The notes under the pieces are model-generated. The model was not told where the DNA came from, did no database searches, and was given only the letters and a program-made list of their open reading frames with translations. A stretch of 62,024 nucleotides of DNA, counting the filler, from Limisphaerales bacterium (GTDB taxonomy: Bacteria; Verrucomicrobiota; Verrucomicrobiia; Limisphaerales; SIBE01): the NCBI GenBank assembly GCA_044225505.1. It is 3 parts of 3 records of this genome, joined end to end, with 100 filler letters (N's around TTAATTAATTAA, not from the genome) between each part and the next. Parts side by side here need not be neighbours in the genome. Positions count along the whole stretch, not along the records: positions 1 to 29,459 come from JBGAIN010000099.1; 2 more parts are not named here. One strand, written 5' to 3'. Numbering within the stretch: the first letter of the stretch is position 1; every line of letters starts with the position of its first letter. Made by a program: the position numbers and the translations under genes. Shown one piece after another: positions 9,182 through 19,142 of the stretch.

Positions 9182-11506
9182 ATGAAATCGTCGAGCTCGG
9201 CTGAGCAAGCTCCTGCCTTGGACTCCGCACCATCGAAGTCGGAGTGGTCTTCGTCGTCGCAATCCTTAACGGGCGGTGGCAGATCCCACAGGGTCGTCAA
9301 ATCTTGGCAATCCAAGCTGAAGACGTGGATTCCCTTTGGACTGGGGCAGTCCAAGCCCCAGCACTTCCGGGACATGGCCAAAGTCGTCTGGAAGAATCGA
9401 GATAACCTTAGGTATGGCTGGAAAGTGCTTAGTCAGGGCGTTTGTGACGGATGTGCTCTCGGCGTGGCGGGGTTCCACGATTGGACGATTGACGGGGTTC
9501 ATTTGTGCATGACCCGATTAAATCTGCTCCGACTCAATACCATGCCCGCTTTGGACGCGCGCCTGCTCGAAGATGTCGCCGCGCTCGAGCGACTCGATAA
9601 CAGCCAACTCCGCGAGTTGGGTCGCCTCCCATATCCAATGGTTCGCGAGGCAGGCGCGCGCGGGTTTCGTCGCATTTCCTGGGCGGAAGCCGAAGCCCGC
9701 TTGGCGACTCGGTTGCGGAAGCTCGATCCGAAACGGTGGGCGCTGTTTGTGACGTCGCGCGGAGTGACGAACGAAGTTTATTACATGGCTCAAAAAGTCG
9801 CGCGCTTTTTAGGGACCAACAACGTGGATAACGCAGCCCGGCTTTGCCATGCGCCGTCCACGGCGGCTATGAAATATGCGCTCGGAGTTGCGGCCACGAC
9901 CTGCAGTTACAAGGATTGGTTTGGGACCGACCTAATTATCTTCTTTGGAGCCAACCCGGCGAATGATCAGCCGGTGACCACGAAGTATCTGCACGAAGCG
10001 AAGGCGCTGGGCACACGGGTGGTGCTCGTGAATCCGTACCAAGAGCCTGGGATGGGGCGTTACTGGGTTCCCTCAACCTTTAAAAGCGCTTTGTTCGGAA
10101 CGGACATTACGGATTATTGGTTTCCTGTTTCGACCGGCGGTGACATCGCATTTTTATACGGAGTGTTGAAAATCATCTTGGCAAACGGTTGGCATGACGC
10201 GGAGTTTGTGGCCCAGCATGCAGTTGGGTTCGAAGCTTTAGCGCAGGAGGTCGATCAGTTGCACTGGCCGGAACTAGAAACACAAGCTGGGCTACCTCGG
10301 GCGAGCATGGAAGAGTTTGCGGCTTTGATTCATGGGGCTAAGACGGCAGTGTTGGTCTGGAGCATGGGGATTACGCAGCATGCGTTTGGAGCGAACGCAG
10401 TGCAAATGATCCTTAATTTGGGACTGACCAAAGGGTTCGTTGGGCGAGACAAGTGCGGGTTGATGCCGATTCGAGGTCATTCTTCCGTGCAAGGTGGTGC
10501 GGAAATGGGGGCTTACGCAACGGTGTTTCCAGGGGGAAGGCCGATCAATCCAGAAAATGCGGCCGCGCTTTCAAAAACATATGGATTTCCCATCCCAGAC
10601 TGGCCAGGGTTGACGGCGCCCGAAATGGTTGAGGCGAGCGGGCGTGGCGATCTGGATTTGTTATACTGCTTAGGGGGGAATTTTCTTCGAACGCTTCCGG
10701 ATCCGAAGTATGTGCGGCAAGCGCTGGCGCAGGTTCCCGTGCGCGTGCATCAGGATATCATTGTGACAGACCAAATGCTCATTCCCGCGCGAGAAGAGGT
10801 CTATTTGCTTCCCGCCAAAACGCGCTACGAGCAAGACGACGGTGGAATCGAAACCACCACGGAGCGCCAGGTCATATTCAGTCCCGAAATTCCGCGTCAG
10901 GTCGGCGAAGCCAAGTGCGAATGGAAAATTCTGCGCGATCTGGCAGCGACTGTGGTCCCGGAGAGAGCGGCTTTGTTAGGGTGTGAGACGGGCTGGGAAA
11001 TGCGGGCGGAGATAGCCCAGGTTGTCCCTATCTACGACGGCTGCCAAAACCTTAAAAAGACGGGGGACGCTTTTCAGTATGGTGGATCTCACCTTTGCGC
11101 GGATTGGAAATTTGCGACCCCGGATGGGAAGGCGCACTTTCGCGCAGTCCCGCTTCCCGAGCTGAGTCGCAAAGGGAGTGAATTCAAACTGAGCACTCGC
11201 CGCGGGAAACAGTTCAACACACTGATTTATGCGGAAGTGGATCCGATCAACAATGCGCCACGGGATGCGGTGTTGATGAATCCAGAGGACGCGACGCGGA
11301 TGCACCTGATCCAGGGAGATCGGATCCGATTGGAGAATCGCTTTGGGACGATGGACGGGCGCGTCCACCTGGCGCCCATCGCTTCGGGGAATCTGCAAGT
11401 CCACTGGCCTGAGGGAAACGTTCTGGTGCAACGAGGAATCACAGACGCGGCCGGCGGTGTGCCTGATTACAATGCGTGTGTGGCCGTGAAGCTGCTTCCA
11501 GTTTGA
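9182..11506 (+). CDS. FdhF/YdeP-family molybdopterin oxidoreductase
   Basis: CDGCALG, SRGVTNEVYY, DNAARLCH, PIRGHSSVQG, and C-terminal STRRGKQFN. Adjacent to fdhD. Start uncertain. Confidence 0.92.
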   Translation: MKSSSSAEQAPALDSAPSKSEWSSSSQSLTGGGRSHRVVKSWQSKLKTWIPFGLGQSKPQHFRDMAKVVWKNRDNLRYGWKVLSQGVCDGCALGVAGFHDWTIDGVHLCMTRLNLLRLNTMPALDARLLEDVAALERLDNSQLRELGRLPYPMVREAGARGFRRISWAEAEARLATRLRKLDPKRWALFVTSRGVTNEVYYMAQKVARFLGTNNVDNAARLCHAPSTAAMKYALGVAATTCSYKDWFGTDLIIFFGANPANDQPVTTKYLHEAKALGTRVVLVNPYQEPGMGRYWVPSTFKSALFGTDITDYWFPVSTGGDIAFLYGVLKIILANGWHDAEFVAQHAVGFEALAQEVDQLHWPELETQAGLPRASMEEFAALIHGAKTAVLVWSMGITQHAFGANAVQMILNLGLTKGFVGRDKCGLMPIRGHSSVQGGAEMGAYATVFPGGRPINPENAAALSKTYGFPIPDWPGLTAPEMVEASGRGDLDLLYCLGGNFLRTLPDPKYVRQALAQVPVRVHQDIIVTDQMLIPAREEVYLLPAKTRYEQDDGGIETTTERQVIFSPEIPRQVGEAKCEWKILRDLAATVVPERAALLGCETGWEMRAEIAQVVPIYDGCQNLKKTGDAFQYGGSHLCADWKFATPDGKAHFRAVPLPELSRKGSEFKLSTRRGKQFNTLIYAEVDPINNAPRDAVLMNPEDATRMHLIQGDRIRLENRFGTMDGRVHLAPIASGNLQVHWPEGNVLVQRGITDAAGGVPDYNACVAVKLLPV

Positions 11507-11535
11507 AGCGGTGACCCGGAAGAAAACGATCTTTC

Positions 11536-12378
11536 ATGCGAGTCCAAGCGCCGGTTTCATTGTCTGCGACGTGTGAGGTGATCCGTTGGACAGCAGAGCG
11601 CGGGCTGAATGCTGCGGAGGACCAACTTGCCCGCGAGGAACCTCTCGAGATCCGGGTGCAAGGGCGCTGTCTGGTTGTCACCATGCGCACGCCAGGCCAC
11701 GATGAGGAATTGGCCGCGGGCTACTTGTTCAGTGAGGGCTTGGTCCAAGAACGACGACAGATCCTAGAGTTGGCGCGATGCCGTCAGGCGAGCGACGCGG
11801 ACGGGGCCAACATCATGAATGGATTCCTGGCGCCGGGGACCGAGATTGATTTTGAACGACTGGCACGGCACGCTCAGGCTACTTCCAGTTGCGGGGTTTG
11901 CGGTAAGGCCTCCATCGATTCTGTTCATCAGCATTTTCCACCGATCACCGCCAATTTTGTTATGGATGCGGGCGTTCTGATTGCGCTCCCGGACCGGCTT
12001 CGAGCCGCTCAATTGACCTTCGAACGGACGGGCGGCTTGCACGCGGCGGGCCTGTTCAACGCAGCGGGAGAGTTGCTTGTGGCGCGGGAAGATGTCGGAC
12101 GCCATAACGCGGTGGACAAAGTGATTGGCCGTGGGTTGCTTGACGGAGACTTGCCTTGGGACCGACACGCGCTGGTCGTCAGTGGGCGAGTCTCGTTTGA
12201 GATCATGCAAAAGGCGTTGGCCGCGGGAATCCCGATCATTGCGGCGATTTCTGCTCCATCCAGCCTGGCGGTCGAGTTTGCGCTTGAGAGCGGCCAGACG
12301 TTAGTGGGTTTCTTGCGAGGTACATCCATGAACGTCTACGCGAGCAGTTATCGGATTACGGCACCCATCGTCGGCTGA
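11536..12378 (+). CDS. fdhD: Formate dehydrogenase accessory sulfurtransferase FdhD
   Basis: EEPLEI, TMRTPG, SSCGVCG, TGGLHAA, REDVGRHNAVDK, SAPSSLA. Confidence 0.96.
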   Translation: MRVQAPVSLSATCEVIRWTAERGLNAAEDQLAREEPLEIRVQGRCLVVTMRTPGHDEELAAGYLFSEGLVQERRQILELARCRQASDADGANIMNGFLAPGTEIDFERLARHAQATSSCGVCGKASIDSVHQHFPPITANFVMDAGVLIALPDRLRAAQLTFERTGGLHAAGLFNAAGELLVAREDVGRHNAVDKVIGRGLLDGDLPWDRHALVVSGRVSFEIMQKALAAGIPIIAAISAPSSLAVEFALESGQTLVGFLRGTSMNVYASSYRITAPIVG

Positions 12379-12439
12379 GCTTTGAAGCCATTGGCGAATC
12401 TGGTTGAGTTTCCGATCCGACAGATTATTCTGCGAAAGC

Positions 12440-12901
12440 ATGCGCGGACGTGGTGTCCTTTTGCCAGTACTGTTGTGGCTTTGCTCGATGCTTGTTCTTC
12501 AAGCAGGTTCGGCAAAGATACTCAAGGTCTTGCCCCATTACCTCGACGAAGAAGGGCGGCACTCCCTCTCTCCCAGCCTTTACGAGCGCGATGCGTACCA
12601 GGCGATGCTTCGCCATAGCCCGGGTAAGTGTTCCGCGTTGCGTTTCGACATCAATTGGAAAGCAAAACGGTCTGGAACTGAAAAGTTGAAATTGCGCATG
12701 GAATTGCGCAGCAGTGGTCGAGACGTATCGCGGCCCTTGGTCTTGGAGGAAATGGTGCAGCCGAACCGGTTTTTCAGCACTTGGTCATCGTTGCCGTTGC
12801 GAGGCGAGGAATACCGTGAGTTCGGAAAACTGATTGCCTGGCGCGCCACACTTTGGGACGGAGATACCATGGTAGCGGAGCAGCGTTCGTTCCTTTGGTA
12901 A
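12440..12901 (+). CDS. Conserved-looking secreted hypothetical protein
   Basis: Signal-peptide-like N-terminus, then KVLPHYLD..SLYERDAYQ..SFLW. Co-oriented directly after fdhD. Confidence 0.7.
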   Translation: MRGRGVLLPVLLWLCSMLVLQAGSAKILKVLPHYLDEEGRHSLSPSLYERDAYQAMLRHSPGKCSALRFDINWKAKRSGTEKLKLRMELRSSGRDVSRPLVLEEMVQPNRFFSTWSSLPLRGEEYREFGKLIAWRATLWDGDTMVAEQRSFLW

Positions 12902-12937
12902 CTCCGTTTGGAACCCGTCCGGTTGCTTGCTTGGGGT

Positions 12938-15715
12938 TTAGCCAGCGCCTAAGCTCGAGATCGCACCGCGGAGTTGTTCGATGAGGAATTGTTGATGTTC
13001 CGGTGCCAACACTTTCCGATTGTCGCTCTGCGTCAGATAGAAGGTGTCCAGGGCGGCTCCTTTTTCGGTTGAGATCTTGGCGATCGCGATATCGAGGTGG
13101 AGTTCGTTGAGGGTCTGCGAGATCATGTAGAGTAAGCCGATCCGATCTTCCGTCTCAATTTCCAAAACCGTATAAAAATCCGAACTTTCATTGTCGATTT
13201 CGACGACGGTCGGCATCTGGTCACCTTCGAGCGATTTGTAGGTGGCCGTCACGGAATGTTGCTTTGCAATAAGCGCGGAGAGATCAAGTTGGGTTGTCAA
13301 CGCTCGCCGTAACAATGCTTCGAACTCCTCGCGTTCTTCTTTTTTAGCCAGAAGCCCCGTTTTGGCGTCAGTCACGAAAAACGTGTCGAGGATGATGCCA
13401 TCGGTCCGCGTAAAGATCTGGGCGCTGAGAATATTGAGTCCGGCAGCGGTGAGGCAGCCGGCAATTTTGCTGAATAGACCGGTCCGGTCCCAAGTGCAAA
13501 CCTGCACGGCGGTGTAACCGCGATCGGGCTCGTTGTGCCAATTGACGATAGGTTCCAGCGCCTTTTCTTCCTCCTCGACCTGCAGCACCATGAAACGATG
13601 CGCCAGATCGAGGTCGTCGACAATTTGCTTGGCGGAATGGATCAGGAAATAACGGTTTGGCAAATGGTCAAAGTGGGCCTGGAGTTCATCCTCGTGAATG
13701 ACGCCAGGGAGGATCCGGCGGACTTCTTCCTTCAACAGTTCTTGTTGTTTTTCCTCGGCCAGAACGAGCTCGGGGCCTTTTTCCAAAGCGGCGGTCGTTT
13801 TGCGATAGAGCGTTTGGAGGAGTGAGTCTTTGAATCCATTCCACAACTCGGCGCTAGTGCCTTGCGAGTCAGCGAACGTGTGCAATGTCAACATGCTCAG
13901 ATTGGACGGAGATTGCACCTGGTTGGCGAAACTACGGATCACAGTGGGATCATCCATGTCTCGCCGTTGTGAGATCTGGATCATTGTCAGGTGGTTCTCG
14001 ATGATCAGGCGGAGGTCATGGGCCGTGGTGCCGTCTAGCCCCAGCCGCTTGGCCACTTGGGTCGCCAATTGGCCGCTCACGACCGCATGGTCTCCGCACG
14101 GATTTGCTTTGCCAGCGTCGTGAAGCAAGAGTGCCAGGTAGAGGACAAAGGGACGTTCCAACTGCTGGAAGATCTCGGAATAATGTTTGAAGGGCGCCGT
14201 CTTCGCGCCCCAGATTTTGTCCAGTTGCTCGATGCAAACCAGGGTATGCTCATCCGCTGTGTACTGGTGATAAAACTCGTGCTGGACCAGGCAAGTCAGT
14301 TTTCCAAATTCAGGCATATACTTGCCGAGGAGGTCGACCTCGTGCATCGCGCGCAGTATGGGGGCAACCGCCCCACGCTGATTCAAGATCTCGAGAAACG
14401 TCTCGTGCACGTGGGTATCTCGCAGAAAATAGCGGTTTACCAAGGAAAGATGGTGACGCACGAGTTGCGCGAGATCCGGATGTAGCCTCAACCCGCGCTG
14501 CTGGGCGTAAAGAAAAACACGCATGAGCCGCCGAGGCTGATCGCGGAAGACATGCGGCGAAGAGGCGTGAATTTCACCTTCTTCAAAAAGGAAACCATCA
14601 GAGGGTTGTTGCACTACGCGTCGTCGGCCCGCTGTCCGAAGCAGAGCGCGAAGGGACGGCAATCGTTTGGGTTCCGGCAATAGGGCCATGCGCCGTTCGA
14701 CCGTGCGGGTGATCAGATAAACGTTCCGCATGTGCTTGTAAACGTCGCGCATGAATCGCTCAATCCGCTTGCGAGGAGAACGGTCCGTATAGCCAAGGCC
14801 GAACGCCACGGACGGCTGCAAGCTCTTGGAAAGAACGTCTCCCGCTCGAGTAGCTTGGTAATGGAGTTGATTGCGAACCCAAAGAAGGAAGTCGTAGGCC
14901 GACTCCAACTGTTTCTGCTCGGTCTCGCTGATCATCCCCCGGGCGCGCAATTCTCCCAGCGAACGCACCCGATATTTAAAAAACGCCATCCACACCAGAT
15001 TTTGGAAGTCACGCAAACCGCCGCAGCCGTTCTTGATGTTGGGCTCCTGCATGAAAGGAGAATTCCCAAACTTGGTTCGTCGGGTTTCCTGGTCCTGGAT
15101 GCGTGAAAGGATGTACTCACGTTCAAAGCCCCGTACGCACCGGGCGAGCACAACGGCTTGCATTCGTTCAAACAGTGCGGAATCGCCTGCCACCAACCGT
15201 GCTTCGATTAGGGAGGTCTTGGATTGCATGTCGCTATTCGCAACGCGCACGCAATCATCCACGCTGCGCACGGTCGGGCCGAGCTTGAGACCCAAATCCC
15301 AAAGCGGATAAAGAATGCCATCGATAATGGCCGCGAGGTAGGGAGTCGGCTTGCCGTTAGAAACCAAATCCCCGCCATGGAGGAACATGATATCGATATC
15401 GCTGTAGGGATTCAGTTCACCGCGCCCGTAGCCCCCAATCGCCACCAAAGCAAGAGGCGGTGACGCGGACTTGGACGGGGGCGCCAGAGGAATAGCGGCT
15501 TCCAGCAAATAACGAAGTAAAACGTCGAAAACCGTCGCTTGCCCTCGACAGACTTCGGCTCCGGCAGCGCCCGCCCGGTGAAACATCTTCAGTCGGTTTT
15601 TCTCAAGTTTGAGAAAACCCTTATAACGCGCGAGTTCTTTGCTCGCCGGACGCCCTGGAGGCAAGGGCAGCCGTCGCGCTGCATCCGCTTCAATCTTTTC
15701 CGCGAGTGTCGGCAC
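12938..15715 (-). CDS. glnD: [Protein-PII] uridylyltransferase/uridylyl-removing enzyme
   Basis: NTase motif AIGGYGRGELNPYSDID, EPNIKNGCGGLRD, HD domain YHQYTADEH/LLHDAGK, and two ACT domains (DRTGLFS, DRIGLLY). GTG 15715 chosen as start. Confidence 0.96.
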   Translation of the reverse strand: MPTLAEKIEADAARRLPLPPGRPASKELARYKGFLKLEKNRLKMFHRAGAAGAEVCRGQATVFDVLLRYLLEAAIPLAPPSKSASPPLALVAIGGYGRGELNPYSDIDIMFLHGGDLVSNGKPTPYLAAIIDGILYPLWDLGLKLGPTVRSVDDCVRVANSDMQSKTSLIEARLVAGDSALFERMQAVVLARCVRGFEREYILSRIQDQETRRTKFGNSPFMQEPNIKNGCGGLRDFQNLVWMAFFKYRVRSLGELRARGMISETEQKQLESAYDFLLWVRNQLHYQATRAGDVLSKSLQPSVAFGLGYTDRSPRKRIERFMRDVYKHMRNVYLITRTVERRMALLPEPKRLPSLRALLRTAGRRRVVQQPSDGFLFEEGEIHASSPHVFRDQPRRLMRVFLYAQQRGLRLHPDLAQLVRHHLSLVNRYFLRDTHVHETFLEILNQRGAVAPILRAMHEVDLLGKYMPEFGKLTCLVQHEFYHQYTADEHTLVCIEQLDKIWGAKTAPFKHYSEIFQQLERPFVLYLALLLHDAGKANPCGDHAVVSGQLATQVAKRLGLDGTTAHDLRLIIENHLTMIQISQRRDMDDPTVIRSFANQVQSPSNLSMLTLHTFADSQGTSAELWNGFKDSLLQTLYRKTTAALEKGPELVLAEEKQQELLKEEVRRILPGVIHEDELQAHFDHLPNRYFLIHSAKQIVDDLDLAHRFMVLQVEEEEKALEPIVNWHNEPDRGYTAVQVCTWDRTGLFSKIAGCLTAAGLNILSAQIFTRTDGIILDTFFVTDAKTGLLAKKEEREEFEALLRRALTTQLDLSALIAKQHSVTATYKSLEGDQMPTVVEIDNESSDFYTVLEIETEDRIGLLYMISQTLNELHLDIAIAKISTEKGAALDTFYLTQSDNRKVLAPEHQQFLIEQLRGAISSLGAG

Positions 15716-15757
15716 ACCGCACGATAGGGCAGTCCCTGCAATCAAGGCAAGCGCCCG

Positions 15758-16759
15758 TCATTTCGAACTGCGGAAAACCGGTGAGAGATTGGAAGCGGTC
15801 GCCGGCCCTGAGACTGGCTCTGCGCCCGGGGGCAAGGGAGGGGGAAGTTGGACGGCAGGTTGCGGCGGAAGCATATCGACGAGAGCGCGCCAAGTCTCAC
15901 GTTCAGCGGGAGACATGGCTTTCCAGCGCGCCGCGCTTTTCAAGAACTCGTCGCGCTGAGACGGGGTCATCTGATTCAGCTTTTCAAACGAATTGATGCA
16001 AATCTGGCGTTGTTCCCGCGGAAGACTCGCAAACGCCTTGAGCGCGTTTTCCATTTGTTCGCGTTCGGCCGCGGGCAGCACCTCCAAAGTGCGTTGCTGC
16101 TCTTTGGCCGGGAGGTCAAAGAACTGACTTAGCGCGGGGGGGCTTTTGTGAGAGCGATCCGATGGGGGGGCAGCATCGCCCGGTGGTGGAGTCGGGACTT
16201 TCGAGCCGTTCACTTCTCCTGATCGTACGCGGAGAAAGTAGTTGGCGGTTGTTTCGTGTTCTAACACCTCTTGTTGAACGTGGCCGGGAAGCTGATCCCA
16301 CTGACGCAATCGTTCATCCACGATCGGCCGGAGATCCGGAGGAACATCGGCCAACCGGGCAGTGCGCTTGTCCGGCGTGAGCTTCATCAAGACATCTAGG
16401 TGATAAGTCAGGTCTAATTGCCGCAACCGCGCTTGGCGTTGGACAGGTGGCAACGCATCGTACTCCCGAAGTCGTGTCTCTAGATATTTTCGTTGATGCT
16501 CAGTTCGGTCCGCAAGGGCCGGCGCCCGATCTGCTGGACTCAAAGCGAGCAGCTCGCGAAAGGTATCCGCTGGGGTTTTCGTGCCGGGCAACGCCGGGAC
16601 CGGTCGTGAAGGAGTCGTTGCGGTTGCGCTCCCTGGGAGAGCCGGGGATTGTGCTGCGAAGGACGGCAAGGAGGCAACCACGAATTGGGTGCTTAGGGCG
16701 ATGGAGGCAAGAAGTGCGCCTCTCAGATGTGCTTGCAGCTTGGCGTTGAGGGATTTCAT
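15758..16759 (-). CDS. DUF3106-like helical periplasmic protein
   Basis: Signal peptide and repeated (W/F)xxLPxxQRxx helices. Start overlaps the upstream stop (ATGA). Confidence 0.75.
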   Translation of the reverse strand: MKSLNAKLQAHLRGALLASIALSTQFVVASLPSFAAQSPALPGSATATTPSRPVPALPGTKTPADTFRELLALSPADRAPALADRTEHQRKYLETRLREYDALPPVQRQARLRQLDLTYHLDVLMKLTPDKRTARLADVPPDLRPIVDERLRQWDQLPGHVQQEVLEHETTANYFLRVRSGEVNGSKVPTPPPGDAAPPSDRSHKSPPALSQFFDLPAKEQQRTLEVLPAAEREQMENALKAFASLPREQRQICINSFEKLNQMTPSQRDEFLKSAARWKAMSPAERETWRALVDMLPPQPAVQLPPPLPPGAEPVSGPATASNLSPVFRSSK

Positions 16760-17265
16760 TGGAGAGCAGCGATCAACTCGCGTTCGACGTCGCGTGGGAC
16801 CTGGTTGAGGCGTTCGATGGCTTCGAAGTTTTGCAGGACATCGAGTGGCGCGACGCTAGCAACCTTGGACAGCTCCGCAATGTGGCGTGCATATTCACGG
16901 CGTGCCGACATCTGATTTTGGCGGTATAATCCCAGGCAGACGCAGCATACAGCAGCGACAGCGGTGATTTGTGGAGCCCGCAACCAATTCAAATACCGCC
17001 GCCAGGTTGTGAACCTGGCCGGGAAGCGATGACGCGATGGAGCTGGGGACGTCGTGATTGCTTGTAAAACTCGAGATGTAAAATTGGATGAAACTGGCAC
17101 ATCTCGAACATTTTGCAGCAGCTGGTTCAGCGCTAGTTCTTCTTCCCAAAGATCCCGTTCTTCGGGATGGTGCCGCAAGCGGGCTTCAAGCTCCGCTTCT
17201 TGATCCGCCGTTAACCGGCCGCCTCGGACTGCGTCTGCTAACTTATAGTCGTTTGGAAGACTCAT
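16756..17265 (-). CDS. Putative single-TM anti-sigma factor
   Basis: Directly downstream of the ECF sigma. Contains VPVSSNFTSRV, one TM helix, and an AAGGAG RBS. Confidence 0.7.
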   Translation of the reverse strand: MSLPNDYKLADAVRGGRLTADQEAELEARLRHHPEERDLWEEELALNQLLQNVRDVPVSSNFTSRVLQAITTSPAPSRHRFPARFTTWRRYLNWLRAPQITAVAAVCCVCLGLYRQNQMSARREYARHIAELSKVASVAPLDVLQNFEAIERLNQVPRDVERELIAALQ

Positions 17266-17307
17266 GTTCGCTCCTTTGAATAAAACCGTGAACGGGGCAA
17301 AGTTGCG

Positions 17308-17919
17308 TTACTTGTTCAGTTCCCGCCATGCTCCCGACCGTAGGTAAGGTTTTAGCTTAAGCTTGAGAGTTTCTCGGGCGCGATGAATCAGGGACTTGGT
17401 GGCGGAGAGGGAGCAGCCGAGGATTCCAGCAATTTCGTCGTAGGACAGTTCGTCTTCACGGCAAAGCAAAAGGGCGGTGCGTTGCGCTTCGGGCAGGTCC
17501 ATGATCGCCTGTTCGACTTTGGAGGTCAATTCATCGTGAAGGAGTTGGTCTGGAGCCGAAACGCTCTTGAGATCTTCAAACTGGCGCGCGGGTTGGTCGT
17601 CCTGTTCTGCCGGAACGGAATCGAGAGAGTCCGCGGGATGCCGCGAACGGCGACGGATTTCGTTAAGGCAAAGGTTGCGGGCGATGGTGTAAAACCAAGT
17701 CGAGAACTTAGCGGAAACACGGTAGCGGTGAGCAGACTTATAAACCTGGACGAAAACGTTTTGCGCCAAGTCTTCCGCTTCGGTCGGGTCTCTTAGCGTT
17801 CGACAGATCAGGTTGATGACAGGCTGCTTGTACTTGTCGACCAGCGCCTCAAAAGCCGACAGGTCACCCTGTTTCACCCGCAGCATCAGGGCGGCATCGG
17901 GGTCGAGGTCTTCTGCCAT
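17308..17919 (-). CDS. ECF RNA polymerase sigma factor (SigW/SigE-like)
   Basis: AEDLAQNVF, FSTWFYTIARN, LSYDEIAGILGCSLSATKSLIHRAR. Confidence 0.95.
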   Translation of the reverse strand: MAEDLDPDAALMLRVKQGDLSAFEALVDKYKQPVINLICRTLRDPTEAEDLAQNVFVQVYKSAHRYRVSAKFSTWFYTIARNLCLNEIRRRSRHPADSLDSVPAEQDDQPARQFEDLKSVSAPDQLLHDELTSKVEQAIMDLPEAQRTALLLCREDELSYDEIAGILGCSLSATKSLIHRARETLKLKLKPYLRSGAWRELNK

Positions 17920-17934
17920 GATCCAGCCACTGTA

Positions 17935-17962
17935 TCAAACCCAGGAATGCCCACAAGTTGCG
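17935..17962 (-). promoter_or_regulatory. Candidate ECF-dependent promoter (CGCAACTT-N14-GTTTGA)
   Basis: A near-identical motif, CGCAACTT-N13-GTTTTA, recurs at 17281-17307 before the anti-sigma gene. AAC/GTT elements are typical of ECF promoters. Confidence 0.5.
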
Positions 17963-17971
17963 CTAAGAATT

Positions 17972-18181
17972 TCACGGGCGGCTTTTGTAGCCTAACAAGC
18001 GTGCGGGAAGGAAAAGTATAGCCTTGATGAGCGCAAGCACAGCTTCGACTCCTGTCCAGATCAGTCGAAACGGGAGCAATAATAACCAAAGGAACGGAAA
18101 TAGGATCAAGGCGAGGATGGCAAGTGGCCAGCTAACTATGAAAAGAATAGACCAAAGAACCAATCCCAAAAATGTCGTCAT
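17972..18181 (-). CDS. Small membrane protein
   Basis: 69 aa, almost entirely hydrophobic (WPLAILALILFPFLWLLLLPFRL). Confidence 0.7.
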   Translation of the reverse strand: MTTFLGLVLWSILFIVSWPLAILALILFPFLWLLLLPFRLIWTGVEAVLALIKAILFLPARLLGYKSRP

Positions 18182-18473
18182 AGGTCGCGCTTGTCTGCAT
18201 TCACCACAATAGCTTGAGCGGCAACACAGATCTCTGTCGTCGCCGCTCGCCACTGATTAATGACACGGGAATTCGCTCGGAAGTTGCAGGAATTCGGGCT
18301 TGGGACTGAAGCCAGTAGGAGCGAGAGGACTGGGTGAGTTTGCCAACGCCAATGGAACTCCAACGCAGATGGTGTCTGCGCAGTTTTCTGCCCGATCCAT
18401 GAAAGCCTCCTCCTCGACTCGTGCGCTGCCCGCGAGAGCAAAGCCCGCGGTTCCTTAGCTAATCCACTATATA

Positions 18474-18839
18474 CTACCGACGCGATCGATAGCCACCACC
18501 GTCCTCGCGACCACTTCCTTCCCGGCCCCCGCCTTCTCGGCCTCCGCCTCCCGTTCCGCCCGCAAACCGACTGGACCGCTCCGGGCGTTCTTCTCGTGGG
18601 CGAGCCTCGTTAACCGAGAGGTTACGACCCTCCCAGTTCTTGCCGTTGAGAGCTTGGGTCGCGGCGTCCGCGGCCTCTTTCGTGCCCATGGTAACGAACG
18701 CGAACCCGCGCGACCGACCGCTCGTCCGATCTAGCATTAAGTTTACTTCGGTGACGGTACCGTATTGGGAGAACAAATCCTGCAAGTCGTTTTCGGTAAC
18801 ACTGTAGGAAAGGTTCCCGACAAACAGTTTGGTGTTCAT
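18474..18839 (-). CDS. RRM RNA-binding protein with Gly/Arg-rich tail
   Basis: RNP2 LFVGNL, RNP1 [15 protein letters not shown]. Confidence 0.96.
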   Translation of the reverse strand: MNTKLFVGNLSYSVTENDLQDLFSQYGTVTEVNLMLDRTSGRSRGFAFVTMGTKEAADAATQALNGKNWEGRNLSVNEARPREERPERSSRFAGGTGGGGREGGGREGSGREDGGGYRSRR

Positions 18840-19075
18840 GATGACTCTGCCAGCTTATTCGCAATCGAGTTAGAAGACCGTCCTGTCTGAGACTGTTCCC
18901 GACCTCCGGGTTTCAAATCCTCATTGAACACGCGTTCACCTGAGATTCTCCACGTCCTGACAAATGACCAGTTATCCAATTCGGGTCACGATCTCTCATT
19001 TTTGTTGGAAATCAAATGGTTTTTCCCTCTGAGAAAAGTCAACGAAAGGCAGAAGACGGGTTGGCTTACGAAGTG

Positions 19076-19111
19076 TAAAAACGTAAGAGGCACGGCGCTG
19101 GCCGTGCCTCT
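19076..19111 (-). terminator. Intrinsic terminator after the TIM-barrel isomerase gene
   Basis: 11-bp stem AGAGGCACGGC/GCCGTGCCTCT with a 4-nt loop, followed by a T-rich tract on the minus strand. Confidence 0.65.
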
Positions 19112-19142
19112 GGACGTTGTTTAGAATTGCGTCTATATAGTC

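Noticed and set aside
9182..11506. Selenocysteine formate dehydrogenase
   Set aside because: No in-frame TGA. The Mo-ligand position is Cys (ARLCH).
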